45,946 bases of DNA from a virus: positions 1 through 45,946 of the IMG/VR virus record IMGVR_UViG_3300029682_000009. One strand, given 5' to 3'. The translations under genes and the position numbers were made by a program. The notes under the pieces were generated by a model. It saw only the letters and a list, made by a program, of their open reading frames with translations. It did no database searches and was not told the origin of the DNA. This document shows, piece after piece, positions 1 to 9,298 of the stretch (its first letter is position 1; the number at the start of each line of letters is the position of its first letter).

Positions 1-99
1 TGTAGTAGTGACACTTCCTGTGTCTCCGATTCGTGCGCCTGCTGCCGCCGAATGTCTGTACTGGTTGCCGAGAGAATCTTGAGCGATCGCACCATAGGG
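1..99. repeat. Terminal overlap, identical to 45848..45946
   Basis: Read directly: tgtagtagtgacacttcctgtg...gcaccataggg occurs at both ends; falls inside one continuous ORF (baseplate J), so the molecule closes in frame. Confidence 0.95.
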
Positions 100-444
100 A
101 ATAACCGTCCCCTTCAGGCCGGTCAGAACGCAGTTGACTACCGTGGGCTCGGAGATTTTGCGGTCTAAACCGTAAAGCGCCGCCAGCGCATCTAAGAATT
201 TTCCTGTTGCGAGATCCGGATTAACCATGTTCGACAGAAAAAGAATCTCAGAGTTTTTGGCCTCGATTTCGGCCACGATCAGATCAAGGACCTGCCCCAT
301 CGGGGAACTGGGCTCGATGTTCAAAAGCGGATCTGTGGGCGATGTTTGAAACGCCTGCTGAATACGTGAACCGAGATCAGAACGAATCTCTTGCGTGCTG
401 GGCAGTTCAACGCCGACCAAAGGATTAAAAATGATTTGAGCCAT
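1..444 (-). CDS. Baseplate J-like protein, N-terminal part (gene wraps to 45077..45847)
   Basis: ATG at 444 (cat at 442..444) gives MAQIIFNPLVGVELPSTQEIRSDLG...; 148 codons to position 1, then in frame through the overlap into the 45077..45802 ORF; combined 404 aa. Confidence 0.8.
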   Translation of the reverse strand, partial: MAQIIFNPLVGVELPSTQEIRSDLGSRIQQAFQTSPTDPLLNIEPSSPMGQVLDLIVAEIEAKNSEILFLSNMVNPDLATGKFLDALAALYGLDRKISEPTVVNCVLTGLKGTVIPYGAIAQDSLGNQYRHSAAAGARIGDTGSVTTT

Positions 445-450
445 AATTTT

Positions 451-822
451 TTAGAACACAAAAGAAACTGTTTCGTCCTGCTCTGTCGTTATCGTGATCT
501 CTCCGTGGAGTGTCCTCGTTTCCTCATTGAACTCGGTAATGTCAACAGAATCAACGGACTTCACACCATCAACCCTATTCCCAGCCTCATGGATCAATTG
601 AGCAAGGACGGAGGAATCCAGCTTTTTGGCGAGTTGGGCTTCCTTCCATGCAATGCCGTTGGCCTGCTGGAAATAAGCGTCGTTGGTCCACAACCGAATC
701 TCGTTAGCCAAGTTCTGAGCTATAGCCAAAGCTCCGGACGTTAGGAGAATGTTTCCTTCCTTTGTCAGCTGAAGATCCCATGACTGAGGACTCAGAAGAG
801 CTGTTTTTGCTGTATGCGGCAT
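451..822 (-). CDS. Baseplate wedge protein (gp25/W-like by position)
   Basis: 123-aa ORF between spike and J genes; stop 451 abuts J start; call by synteny and size. Confidence 0.5.
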   Translation of the reverse strand: MPHTAKTALLSPQSWDLQLTKEGNILLTSGALAIAQNLANEIRLWTNDAYFQQANGIAWKEAQLAKKLDSSVLAQLIHEAGNRVDGVKSVDSVDITEFNEETRTLHGEITITTEQDETVSFVF

Positions 823-838
823 GATCTAACTTCCTCGT

Positions 839-1549
839 TTACTGCGGGGCGCCGGTGCTTGAATTTCCGCTTTGGACGCCTGTGTGCGTGTGGCTGGTGA
901 GGCTGATGCCCTTCGCATTTACATCACCTGTGAATGTTGCATCAGCACCGCCAGAACCACCGCCGGAAATCGGTCCGTTCAAATTGATCTGAGAAGAATT
1001 GACTGTGAAACTGGTGCTCGCATTGACCTCACACTCCGGAGCCTCCATCGAGATCTTTGTCGGAGCTTTAATCTTGATAGTTCCCTCATCTTCCAAATGA
1101 ATAAAGACTTCCGGAGCTTTTCCCCAAAATCCCCCGATGTAGAACGAATCGGATGGATCAAATTTTCGGTAAGTTGCAGGGACCTTTGGAGTCGTGCTGC
1201 CGTTGATGTTTGAAATGTCTTGCTTTGCCACAACTGCCAATCCGATGTCTCCCACCTTAGGATCACAGATAATCGCGGCTTTGCCATGCTGAAGACGAAA
1301 ATACGGGAGCTTTGGAATAGTAGTCACTTCCAAACCGTCTCCTGAATTATTTCTTGGCTGGAGAAGTGGCTTGACCGTGACATATCCGGCGCCAGCTTCT
1401 TCTCCTTTACGTTCCACTGCCGTCACAACAACAGGCAAGGAGGTACTTACCACTTGAGAGATCAGCGAACGAATAAAAAACTCCATCGAGTTCAACGGAT
1501 TGCTGGAGGCGAAGTTGTCATAGTTCGCACTAAGTTCTTTGTCTGACAT
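839..1549 (-). CDS. Baseplate central spike (gpV / Mu gp45-like)
   Basis: 236 aa; FRLQHGKAAIICDPKVGDIGL OB-like region and C-terminal SLTSHTHTG His-x-His apex motif typical of spike tips. Confidence 0.65.
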   Translation of the reverse strand: MSDKELSANYDNFASSNPLNSMEFFIRSLISQVVSTSLPVVVTAVERKGEEAGAGYVTVKPLLQPRNNSGDGLEVTTIPKLPYFRLQHGKAAIICDPKVGDIGLAVVAKQDISNINGSTTPKVPATYRKFDPSDSFYIGGFWGKAPEVFIHLEDEGTIKIKAPTKISMEAPECEVNASTSFTVNSSQINLNGPISGGGSGGADATFTGDVNAKGISLTSHTHTGVQSGNSSTGAPQ

Positions 1550-2410
1550 TTACCACCTCGGATAAATTCCGGAGATTGAAGTTTTCCAAGAACCACCGGC
1601 CGGATCATTCGCACTCAATTCATGTTTTAGGGCGACGATCTTCCAAGTTCCGGAAGCATGAGGAACGATAGATTCCAGTTTGAAATTCGCTCCGATCCTC
1701 AACTCCGGACGGAAAAAACATGAGACGTTGATCCCGTTGTTCGAGAATGTTGGATAACCAATCATGCCGTTAGAGGAGTTAATCAATGGCAATTCGCCTT
1801 GTGTCTTCCGGCTCCCTTTCTTCGGCATGAGAACAACTTTCTCATCATCAAACAAAAGATTTGCACCAACTGCATCTGCAATTCTGCGCATTTTTGTCAC
1901 TGGGTCACCGTTGATAATGCAATCACGGATTGAAGCAGTGACTTCATTATTTTCGAGAACGTACCCGACTTCTTTTGAAATCTGCTCAATCAAGCCTGAA
2001 ACAGTTTGGTTACCTGTGACAGAAATCGGAGGTTGAGGAATTAAAGCGGGAAAAAGGCCACAATTTGCCTCGACCTTGAACACCGGACTCGGAGCTGTAT
2101 TGAAGTCCGCCCAAGCATTTATGATCTCGCCTTTAAAGATAACCGATAAGGTCTTCCCCTTCTGTCCCGCAGAAATATTGATTTTGTTCCGCTTCAAAGA
2201 AAAGGATTTGAAGCCAAGATGTGTCAACCGCTCCATGGTGTTCAGGGACAATCCTTTCAGAACAACTGAAGCTTTTGGATATGCCGGACAACCTGATTTA
2301 TCAATGGAGACAGACATCGCAAAGTCTTTGAAAGTGATCGCTTCTTGTCCATCCATGGCGACCGTTACAGCAATGTCTTTCTGTGTGTAAGTAGTCTCAT
2401 TGAGCACCAT
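1550..2410 (-). CDS. Baseplate hub protein (late-control D / Mu gp44-like by synteny)
   Basis: 286-aa ORF directly upstream of spike gene, 14-nt overlap with preceding gene. Confidence 0.5.
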   Translation of the reverse strand: MVLNETTYTQKDIAVTVAMDGQEAITFKDFAMSVSIDKSGCPAYPKASVVLKGLSLNTMERLTHLGFKSFSLKRNKINISAGQKGKTLSVIFKGEIINAWADFNTAPSPVFKVEANCGLFPALIPQPPISVTGNQTVSGLIEQISKEVGYVLENNEVTASIRDCIINGDPVTKMRRIADAVGANLLFDDEKVVLMPKKGSRKTQGELPLINSSNGMIGYPTFSNNGINVSCFFRPELRIGANFKLESIVPHASGTWKIVALKHELSANDPAGGSWKTSISGIYPRW

Positions 2411-2711
2411 TTAAAACCTCGTTCTCGCTTGCATACACAAGGATCCATCGGTCGTTTAAGCCTTCATATTGAGGATCTGAGTTGCCCAAAGTGTCGATCA
2501 TTCTGAGTTTGCCTTTAAAGTTCGGAGAAGGATAAGTATTGATGTCCGTTCCCACGCAAACCTTGCGGCCTTTGAATATTTCGACCTCTTCACAAGTCAG
2601 ATTGCAGTACATGTGATCAGCTACCTGCCTTAGGCTGATGACGCAGTTCTGCCCGTCCAACACGACAGAAAACTCTTGCCATGGAAGAGCTGAAATATTG
2701 ATTTGAATCAT
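2397..2711 (-). CDS. Small tail/baseplate protein
   Basis: 104-aa ORF in the TMP-to-hub interval, co-oriented and overlapping next gene. Confidence 0.5.
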   Translation of the reverse strand: MIQINISALPWQEFSVVLDGQNCVISLRQVADHMYCNLTCEEVEIFKGRKVCVGTDINTYPSPNFKGKLRMIDTLGNSDPQYEGLNDRWILVYASENEVLNGAQ

Positions 2712-2749
2712 GTTTCACCACCATTGCAACCAGATGGTTAAAAAGGTTT

Positions 2750-3283
2750 CTACTTGCCGAGGCCTCCAGCCCATTTGATCAAGCTTTGAGCCATCGTCGG
2801 TTTTGTTTGGGCCTGCCCTGTGTTTACCTTGACTGCAGAAGTCGCTCGCTTTGGCGAATAAGCGATTTTCTGTTGGTTTAGATTGACCGTGATGATCTCA
2901 ACGAAAGAGGCGTGTATCGACAACATACAGGCATTAGATGTCTGAGTTCTGGAGAAGTCATAGTGCTCCAAAGCCATATTCCGCCAGATTTTTGCCGGAG
3001 AAAAAATCGTACAAGTGTCTGTACTGTTCATCCTCCGGTCTAACATTGCGAGCGCCAAAACCTGTACGGCATAGCTTCCATTGAACAAAAATTCGACGTT
3101 TACCCGCTCAGGTTCCCGCACAATGTTGTAAGCGGCCAACTGGCCCTTTTCGATCGGTTCAGTTGGAATCCGAGAACTCTGGTCTGCGTCAACTGCAGCA
3201 ATCGAAACGTAGGGAATAAACGGGAGCAGATTGTTTCCAACGACTGCCCACGACAATCCCATGATTGAATTTATAGACGCCAT
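2750..3283 (-). CDS. Tail protein following tape measure (distal tail/DNA-circulation position)
   Basis: 177-aa ORF; start overlaps TMP stop at 3283. Confidence 0.5.
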   Translation of the reverse strand: MASINSIMGLSWAVVGNNLLPFIPYVSIAAVDADQSSRIPTEPIEKGQLAAYNIVREPERVNVEFLFNGSYAVQVLALAMLDRRMNSTDTCTIFSPAKIWRNMALEHYDFSRTQTSNACMLSIHASFVEIITVNLNQQKIAYSPKRATSAVKVNTGQAQTKPTMAQSLIKWAGGLGK

Positions 3284-4980
3284 CAGAAATCAACCCCCGA
3301 AGCGGCGTTATTCAACATGTCTGTAGATCCTTGCATGGCCTGAGAGACACCTTGATTAACTCCTTGAATAACTTGTTCCTTGTCCGGATTTCCGTTGAAA
3401 TTGACTACAGTCTGGTTGGAAATCGGAGAGTTTATGTTTGTCGTTCTGCCTTTTTCTTTGACAACTCCTCCGGCATTTCCGACAGTAGCCCCAGCCGGTG
3501 CCACCACAGCCTTCTTCTTGTCATCACTTCCGAACCAGTTCATGGGATTAACCCACGAAGGCATTTCAAAATTTGTGATGTCTGACAGAGCACTGGAGAT
3601 CCAGTCAACGATCGGCTGAATGCTGCTTTTGATAGATTCAAAAGCACCAACAAACTTATCCCTTAATCCGGATACAGAGTTGATGACCTTCGCGATAACC
3701 TCAGCAACCTTCCCTATCGTCAGAACGATTGTCTCAATAGCTACCTTGATGACAGATCCGAAAGCCTGCAGAAAAAGATCTCCGACAGGCTTTAGGGCGT
3801 CCATCAGATCTTGGATGGCTTTCCACGCATCTTGGAAGCTTTTGCGAAGCTCCTTGATTTCATCGTCAGAAGTGCCCATTGATCTGAGCAGGTCTTCAAA
3901 CGCGCTTGGTCCGCCTTTTGCAAAACTGATTAGGTCATCTAATGCAAGGGCTAAAGCAACAATGCCGGCAACAACCAACCCAACAGGACTGGCTAATAAA
4001 CCCAACGCCTTCCCACCCAGCATTAACGCCGACTTCGGACCTAACGCTAATGCCGCGGCTCCCGCAACCAATTCCAGTGCTATTTTGATGAACTCACTAT
4101 GTTGCGCAACAAAGTCCGTGAACTCACCAAATTTTTTCATCCCCTTGTCGACGTACGGAAGAAACACCTTGGCAACCTGATTGCCGAGGTTCTTCATCGA
4201 CATGGTTGTGATTTCCCATTGGATTTTGAACCGTCTGGCGTTTTCCGCGTCTTTAGGAGACAGTGCCATTTGCCGGTACTTTCCAACAAGCTCGTTCATT
4301 TGCTTGTTGTTCTGAAGAAATACCGCAGCACTTTCCCGGGTAAGGCCGAGATACTTCAAGGCATAGTTGGCCTGGGCATCGTTCATGCCATTGAGCTGTT
4401 TTCCCATGCGCAGAAAAACAGAAGCACTGGCGCCGGTGCGGTCGGTGAACGATTTCAGAGCATTAGTGAACGCATCTGCAGAACCTCCTGCAGCCACGTT
4501 CGCTTTTCTCCAAGCATCCAGCTCAGAGACATTCATCCGGACTTCTTTTGAGAGCTTGTCTAACTTATCGCCCTCATCAATGAAGTTTGTGAACATCATC
4601 TTGGCGCCGAACATGGCCGCCAAGGGACCGGCATATCCCTTTATCGCTGAGAAGACCTTTGAGGCCATTGAGTCGAGTTTTTGCAGGGCCTGAGATCCCT
4701 GTTTTGCTCCCTTCTCAATGTCTTTTCCAGCCTTTTGACCTGCTTGAGAAGCTTGCCTCATTGAAGCAGTAGCAGCGTCAGAATTATTTTTGACTGATTC
4801 GACTGCCGCAGCCGTTTGATCGCCAATCGGATTGCCCAGAAGTTCATCAAGATTGTCTCCGGCATCCGCAGACTTTTTGATCAAGAAATCGATCTTCTTT
4901 GAGAGACTATCGAAAAACTCAATGATCCCATCGGCATTTAAACCAATGTCGATTAACAGACTGTCAGTTGTTTTTGCCAT
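3283..4980 (-). CDS. Tail tape measure protein
   Basis: 565 aa, Ala/Gly/Lys-rich helical sequence with hydrophobic core LVAGAAALALGPKSALMLGGKALGLLASPVGLVVAGIVALALAL; sits after chaperone pair. Confidence 0.8.
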   Translation of the reverse strand: MAKTTDSLLIDIGLNADGIIEFFDSLSKKIDFLIKKSADAGDNLDELLGNPIGDQTAAAVESVKNNSDAATASMRQASQAGQKAGKDIEKGAKQGSQALQKLDSMASKVFSAIKGYAGPLAAMFGAKMMFTNFIDEGDKLDKLSKEVRMNVSELDAWRKANVAAGGSADAFTNALKSFTDRTGASASVFLRMGKQLNGMNDAQANYALKYLGLTRESAAVFLQNNKQMNELVGKYRQMALSPKDAENARRFKIQWEITTMSMKNLGNQVAKVFLPYVDKGMKKFGEFTDFVAQHSEFIKIALELVAGAAALALGPKSALMLGGKALGLLASPVGLVVAGIVALALALDDLISFAKGGPSAFEDLLRSMGTSDDEIKELRKSFQDAWKAIQDLMDALKPVGDLFLQAFGSVIKVAIETIVLTIGKVAEVIAKVINSVSGLRDKFVGAFESIKSSIQPIVDWISSALSDITNFEMPSWVNPMNWFGSDDKKKAVVAPAGATVGNAGGVVKEKGRTTNINSPISNQTVVNFNGNPDKEQVIQGVNQGVSQAMQGSTDMLNNAASGVDF

Positions 4981-4983
4981 TTT

Positions 4984-5573
4984 CTAATCCGATTTATTTG
5001 CAAGCCACGCGTTGTAGTTTTTGACTAGAAGGATCTCATCGAGCTGGTACGCTTCTTCAAGCGTGATCGTTGTCTGCAACTCCGTGAGGGTTGCCATTCC
5101 TCCGGATATAAGCCGGGAGAACAAAGGCGGGAAGTTGCTAACTTGGGCAACTCCCCGAACCTTCGCGCAATCTGCTAGGAACTCGGCTCTACGTGGGAGA
5201 ACAGTTTCCCGAAATTTTGAAAAAAACTGAAGTTCACCTTCAGGGATTCAACACGAAGGCGGATCAAAGTCATCGGGTTACTAATGTAGCCGTCGGCATC
5301 GTCATACGAAAATTGACGCTCATTGTTGCCATCAATCTTGTACACACATGTCAGAAGCTCATCTAGGAGGGCCTTCGCTTCCATGTGAGGGACGGATGCC
5401 AGCGCCCTAATAATTTCTTTATACGAAACAGAGGCGTCTAAATCGAGGTTTTTTCCTGTCAAAAGGAGAATCCGGATTAAGAGGTCTTCTGATTTCGTTG
5501 CTGGGAACGGGTAAATTTTGAACGTCAGCTGCTTATCGCCGTCTGTTGTTTTGAAGATAACCGGCTCTCTCAT
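4984..5573 (-). CDS. Tail assembly chaperone, -1 frameshift extension product (G-T type)
   Basis: After slip on T7 (5220..5226) the -1 frame is open for 78 codons (SKFRETVLPRRAEFLADCAK...LLVKNYNAWLANKSD) to TAG 4984..4986, just before the TMP ATG. Confidence 0.6.
5175..5573 (-). CDS. Tail assembly chaperone (zero-frame product)
   Basis: 132-aa ORF between tube and TMP, canonical position. Confidence 0.7.
   Translation of the reverse strand: MREPVIFKTTDGDKQLTFKIYPFPATKSEDLLIRILLLTGKNLDLDASVSYKEIIRALASVPHMEAKALLDELLTCVYKIDGNNERQFSYDDADGYISNPMTLIRLRVESLKVNFSFFQNFGKLFSHVEPSS
5220..5226 (-). promoter_or_regulatory. Slippery heptamer T TTT TTT for programmed -1 frameshift
   Basis: Zero-frame reading AGT TTT TTT CAA; A7 on the + strand at 5220..5226. 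Confidence 0.6.
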
Positions 5574-6011
5574 TTAGATGCGCTCCATAGATTCGAAGTG
5601 GAATACCCAGGTCGTGGCAGCCAAGACTTTATTAAGTCCGGGCATGGGGTTTGCTGTCTGCAATACACCGTTGGAGAACTGGTAGGTCTTGCCAATTGAT
5701 GGAATCTTGATTGTCAGATTGCAAACGTAAAGCTGTTTATTTGAGCTCATAGCCTCAAACAGCGTTGTAAATGCGGCCGCTGTCGGAGAGTTTGCTTCAA
5801 GCGTGATTGTGACTGGATAAATATTCGGTGTGACTCCGGCGGCCATACGACCGTCAACACCCATTCGGGTCTCGGCAACCTGCTGGGAATCGGCAACAAT
5901 AGCCGCATCTGTGGAGAATCTTTCCAGTTTCAGACCGTTCGGGTAAAGCTCTTCAATCGTCATCACTGCTGACGCATTGGCGGATGTGATGTCAAAGTTT
6001 TGTACGGGCAT
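5574..6011 (-). CDS. Tail tube protein (DUF3277-like recall)
   Basis: 145 aa, immediately downstream of sheath gene, MPVQNFDITSANASAVMTIEELYPNGLKLERFSTD. Confidence 0.7.
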   Translation of the reverse strand: MPVQNFDITSANASAVMTIEELYPNGLKLERFSTDAAIVADSQQVAETRMGVDGRMAAGVTPNIYPVTITLEANSPTAAAFTTLFEAMSSNKQLYVCNLTIKIPSIGKTYQFSNGVLQTANPMPGLNKVLAATTWVFHFESMERI

Positions 6012-6029
6012 TTTTATTCATTCCTAAAT

Positions 6030-6054
6030 GAAAAACCCGCCATCACGACGGGTC
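6030..6054 (-). terminator. Hairpin plus U-tract between sheath and tube genes (attenuator)
   Basis: Minus strand ACCCGUC-GUGAU-GGCGGGU followed by TTTTTCATTT. Confidence 0.5.
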
Positions 6055-6075
6055 TTTGCTGTTGTGAAATTTTGA

Positions 6076-7572
6076 TTACATTACGGCTGTCAAAGGCATC
6101 TCAATTCGTTGGATGCTGCCAGCATAGGTGTACCAAAGTCCCAAACGAGGGCTTCCTCGCTGGGTTCTCACATTTGCCGACGGAGATTCAATGAGGTACC
6201 AATAACCTTTTGAGTAGAGATCCTGCTTGATCGTTGAGTTGTTGGTTTCTGTCAACAATTGCTGAATCTGGGAGTTGGACAATGCCAGCCCTGTATCAAT
6301 CACGCCATTACGTTTGGCATCGTTGATGGGATCAAGCAACCACGCCTCAACATAAGCAAAGCCAATAGCGTTGTAGGGAGCGCGATTGATAGCCGCGAAC
6401 CCGTCCATAATCTGCCGCTGAATTCGTGCTTTGAACCAAATCATGCCGTACAGGGCATCAATCCATTGATAGATTCCGGAGAGCAAGCAACCACGGTTGA
6501 TAAAGTCAAACTCTGCATTGCGTGTTGCAAATGCTCCGACATAGTTGACCTTGAGATCATCCAAGGCTTCGGCCACTTCGTCGCTGAGAACGGAAGCCTT
6601 AATTCCGGAAGCAGATTTTGCGAACCACGTCTTAATACCCTGAATTGCAGACCAATCTATTGAGGCACCAACTGCAAGGAAGGCCGCGGCATCCTGAGCG
6701 GTACCGTAAACCATCGCCAAACAGTTGTAGTTGTTCTCCGCTAATTGGGCGGCTTTCGTTGTGGACTGGGTAGATTGATCAAGCATCTTTGTGTCTGTTG
6801 ACCAATCAAAGTACACGTAGTCATCATCAATGTCGGCCCAAGCCGCTAAAGCGGAAGCCTCAGCAACCTCTGTTGCATACAAGGTTGTGAATCCGACCCA
6901 GTTGCGAGAAACAGAAGTCACAAGATTCATGTTCTGAGCAGGTGTCAGAGCATCGGAACCTTGAGAGAGAACGGCGCCGGAATCCTCAGTCAATCCAAGT
7001 AATGCGGAAACATCCGTTCCTGTTGTCGCTTTTGTAGCGAAGGAGATTGAAGCGGTATCGCCTGTCTCTGTGGTGGTCAGGATGATGGCATTTTGAACAG
7101 AGTTAAAGGCGCCGGAAACCGCGCCTACTGCAGAAGCCAGCTCAGTGGCAACGTCACTGAAAGACTTAGCCGTGGAGAAGTCGAGGTTCACGACTTCTTT
7201 TTCTGTGCCATTGACCGAAATTGTCAAGGATCCTGTCTTGATTGCTGTCAGTTCGGAAAGTTGAGCAGTGATCGGAGCTGACTTAATCCAAGCGGCGGAA
7301 TCCGCATTGATTCTTCGGGCCACAAAAAGACGGTTAATTGCCTTTTGCTGATTGTTCACTCCGGAGAAGTACTGATTAGCAAAGTCAGCCTCAGGGGACT
7401 CGGCACCAAAATAATTCCCGACAGCGGCGGCGGTCACAAATTCCAGTGCCGGAGAATCTGCAGGAATCAGAGCATTCTGGGTCAGCAGCAGACCGTTTGT
7501 TTCAAGATCGGCGCTCCCAGCGCTTATCACTCTCGGAGTGATAGAAACGAGTCGCGATGCATTGATTGACAT
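6076..7572 (-). CDS. Tail sheath protein (DUF3383-like recall)
   Basis: Start moved to MSINASRLVSITPRV (ATG 7572) with GAGGA RBS; upstream part of the tracked ORF spans a terminator; 498 aa. Confidence 0.75.
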   Translation of the reverse strand: MSINASRLVSITPRVISAGSADLETNGLLLTQNALIPADSPALEFVTAAAVGNYFGAESPEADFANQYFSGVNNQQKAINRLFVARRINADSAAWIKSAPITAQLSELTAIKTGSLTISVNGTEKEVVNLDFSTAKSFSDVATELASAVGAVSGAFNSVQNAIILTTTETGDTASISFATKATTGTDVSALLGLTEDSGAVLSQGSDALTPAQNMNLVTSVSRNWVGFTTLYATEVAEASALAAWADIDDDYVYFDWSTDTKMLDQSTQSTTKAAQLAENNYNCLAMVYGTAQDAAAFLAVGASIDWSAIQGIKTWFAKSASGIKASVLSDEVAEALDDLKVNYVGAFATRNAEFDFINRGCLLSGIYQWIDALYGMIWFKARIQRQIMDGFAAINRAPYNAIGFAYVEAWLLDPINDAKRNGVIDTGLALSNSQIQQLLTETNNSTIKQDLYSKGYWYLIESPSANVRTQRGSPRLGLWYTYAGSIQRIEMPLTAVM

Positions 7573-7583
7573 ATTTTTCCTCA

Positions 7584-7607
7584 AAATAAAAAAGCGCCAG
7601 ATGGCGC
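7584..7607 (-). terminator. Rho-independent terminator just upstream of sheath RBS
   Basis: Minus strand GCGCC-ATCT-GGCGC followed by TTTTTTATTTT. Confidence 0.6.
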
Positions 7608-7654
7608 CGACGATAATTTTTATGGAGCGGCTATGAGCCACACCAGAAACTCAT

Positions 7655-7804
7655 CTATTTGAAAATATCCTTTACAGCCTTAATCGCTTTCGCAATCACC
7701 CAAACTGCGAACCCGTAACCGATTAGGTAAACAGGAAGAGCTGCATACAAAGGAACGGCAGTGACCATGGTTAGGGCCTCCGCTAGGTCGTGTAAAATGT
7801 TCAT
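7655..7804 (-). CDS. Small hydrophobic protein (49 aa), not in ORF track
   Basis: MNILHDLAEALTMVTAVPLYAALPVYLIGYGFAVWVIAKAIKAVKDIFK; AAGGGA RBS-like upstream; flanked by two hairpin terminators. Confidence 0.45.
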   Translation of the reverse strand: MNILHDLAEALTMVTAVPLYAALPVYLIGYGFAVWVIAKAIKAVKDIFK

Positions 7805-7874
7805 ATTGACTGATTCCCTTGCAATCAGTTAACTCAAACCCCGCTCAGCTACCAACTGATCGGGGCTATTTTTT

Positions 7875-8723
7875 TCATAGAATTCTTATTCTTAGGACTG
7901 ACATCTTGACCGGCTCTTCGGGCCGTTCTAAAATCTCACCTATAGCTAGAGATTGTTCTGTTGACCGGTGTAAACCTTTCACCGAGCCCTTAGGTGGCGG
8001 TAATAGCACAGCGTCTCTGGCTTTTCTTTTTCTCATTTCAATTTCAAAAGAAGCCTTTTTCTTATCAAACCATCGGTTTCCTTCGGTGTTGACGTTGTAC
8101 GCATGGAAGTCAGTGCTTGACGTTTCTCCTATATCGACAGCCACTGTTTTTTTAATGCCATTAACCCTTACGTTTTTCATTTTTGTATGAAAGGCCACTT
8201 GCGGAGTATGGTTGACAGCCTCTTTCCTCCCGAAGTAGGAGCCTTTTTCTATTACTTCTGGAACAAAAGGAAGAACCTCTAGTATTTCTCGTAGGTGCCC
8301 GGAAAATTTCTTAAATTCCTTTCTCCCTTTGCCATCGAAAACGACAGAAACTGTTTGCTTCTTCCCAGATATCTCCACCTCAGTGCTAACCGAACCTCCT
8401 CGCAGTTCATTGTCGTAATAGAGGACGATAGCTTTAGCGGGATTACCTCCGGCCTTTTGCAAGTAACTATGAATATCCTTTGACGGCGGACTCTCAATGA
8501 GATTTTTCCCCGATTTCGGATAGGACTGCTGGCTTTCTACCTTCTTTCCTACTTTCCCTTCCAGTTTGCCATTCTTACCGACTGGTATATGAGTGCCATT
8601 CACCGTTATCCACTTTGCAGCATCCTGAGCATCACCAGGGTTTGTTGCGTAAGTTCTCCCAAGCCCATACATTAGTCCAAGCTTGAATGCACGCCCAAGT
8701 TTGAAAGCAAGTTGCGCGTTCAT
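7875..8723 (-). CDS. Lys-rich 282-aa protein inserted between neck and sheath genes (possible virion-delivered effector)
   Basis: ATGA overlap with upstream gene; visibly more AT-rich than neighbours; WITVNGTHIPVGKNG motif near N-terminus; own hairpin after stop. Confidence 0.6.
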   Translation of the reverse strand: MNAQLAFKLGRAFKLGLMYGLGRTYATNPGDAQDAAKWITVNGTHIPVGKNGKLEGKVGKKVESQQSYPKSGKNLIESPPSKDIHSYLQKAGGNPAKAIVLYYDNELRGGSVSTEVEISGKKQTVSVVFDGKGRKEFKKFSGHLREILEVLPFVPEVIEKGSYFGRKEAVNHTPQVAFHTKMKNVRVNGIKKTVAVDIGETSSTDFHAYNVNTEGNRWFDKKKASFEIEMRKRKARDAVLLPPPKGSVKGLHRSTEQSLAIGEILERPEEPVKMSVLRIRIL

Positions 8724-9298
8724 TGCTTTTCCTTCGGCGGGTAGCTCACATCAACGTTTTTCAGGTCCACATCAACCGCACTAAAGAATCCCATCGACAC
8801 CTTGATCTGGCTCTGCATGCTGAGGTGAATCATCAGCGTGGATCTCCGGACATAGTTATCGGAGTCTCCGATAATGGTTGTGTCTCTCGGATCATCCGCA
8901 TGAAGCAGGCTGATTCCTCTATCAACGAAGAACTTCACGCCGACCTGAGACCTGCATACGGTCTCCAAGGCCTGAGCCCTCAGCATCGCATTCATGCCGT
9001 CCGAGCCGTTTAATGTCGAGGCGTAGCAATCGACCTGAACCAAAACCTCTGTAGTCGTTGAGAGGTAAACATTGTCATCGGTTTGGTCCTTCTCCCAATC
9101 CTCAGCACTCGTTCCATGGCGGACGCTTGAGATGTAGGAATAGATGACGTAATCGTTTCCTTCAGGAGGCAAAGCTAGATTATTTTGGTTCCCGTAGAAG
9201 ATGTTTTCCGGCGCCACAGCCGGAACTGCAAATATCTCAAGAAACTCCTGGATTGCTGTCCGGATGTTCGGGGTCAGGTTTTGTGCTTTCATCTTCAT
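8720..9298 (-). CDS. Neck/tail-terminator region protein
   Basis: 192-aa ORF in head-to-tail joining block; start uncertain (overlaps upstream ORF by about 60 nt). Confidence 0.5.
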   Translation of the reverse strand: MKMKAQNLTPNIRTAIQEFLEIFAVPAVAPENIFYGNQNNLALPPEGNDYVIYSYISSVRHGTSAEDWEKDQTDDNVYLSTTTEVLVQVDCYASTLNGSDGMNAMLRAQALETVCRSQVGVKFFVDRGISLLHADDPRDTTIIGDSDNYVRRSTLMIHLSMQSQIKVSMGFFSAVDVDLKNVDVSYPPKEKQ

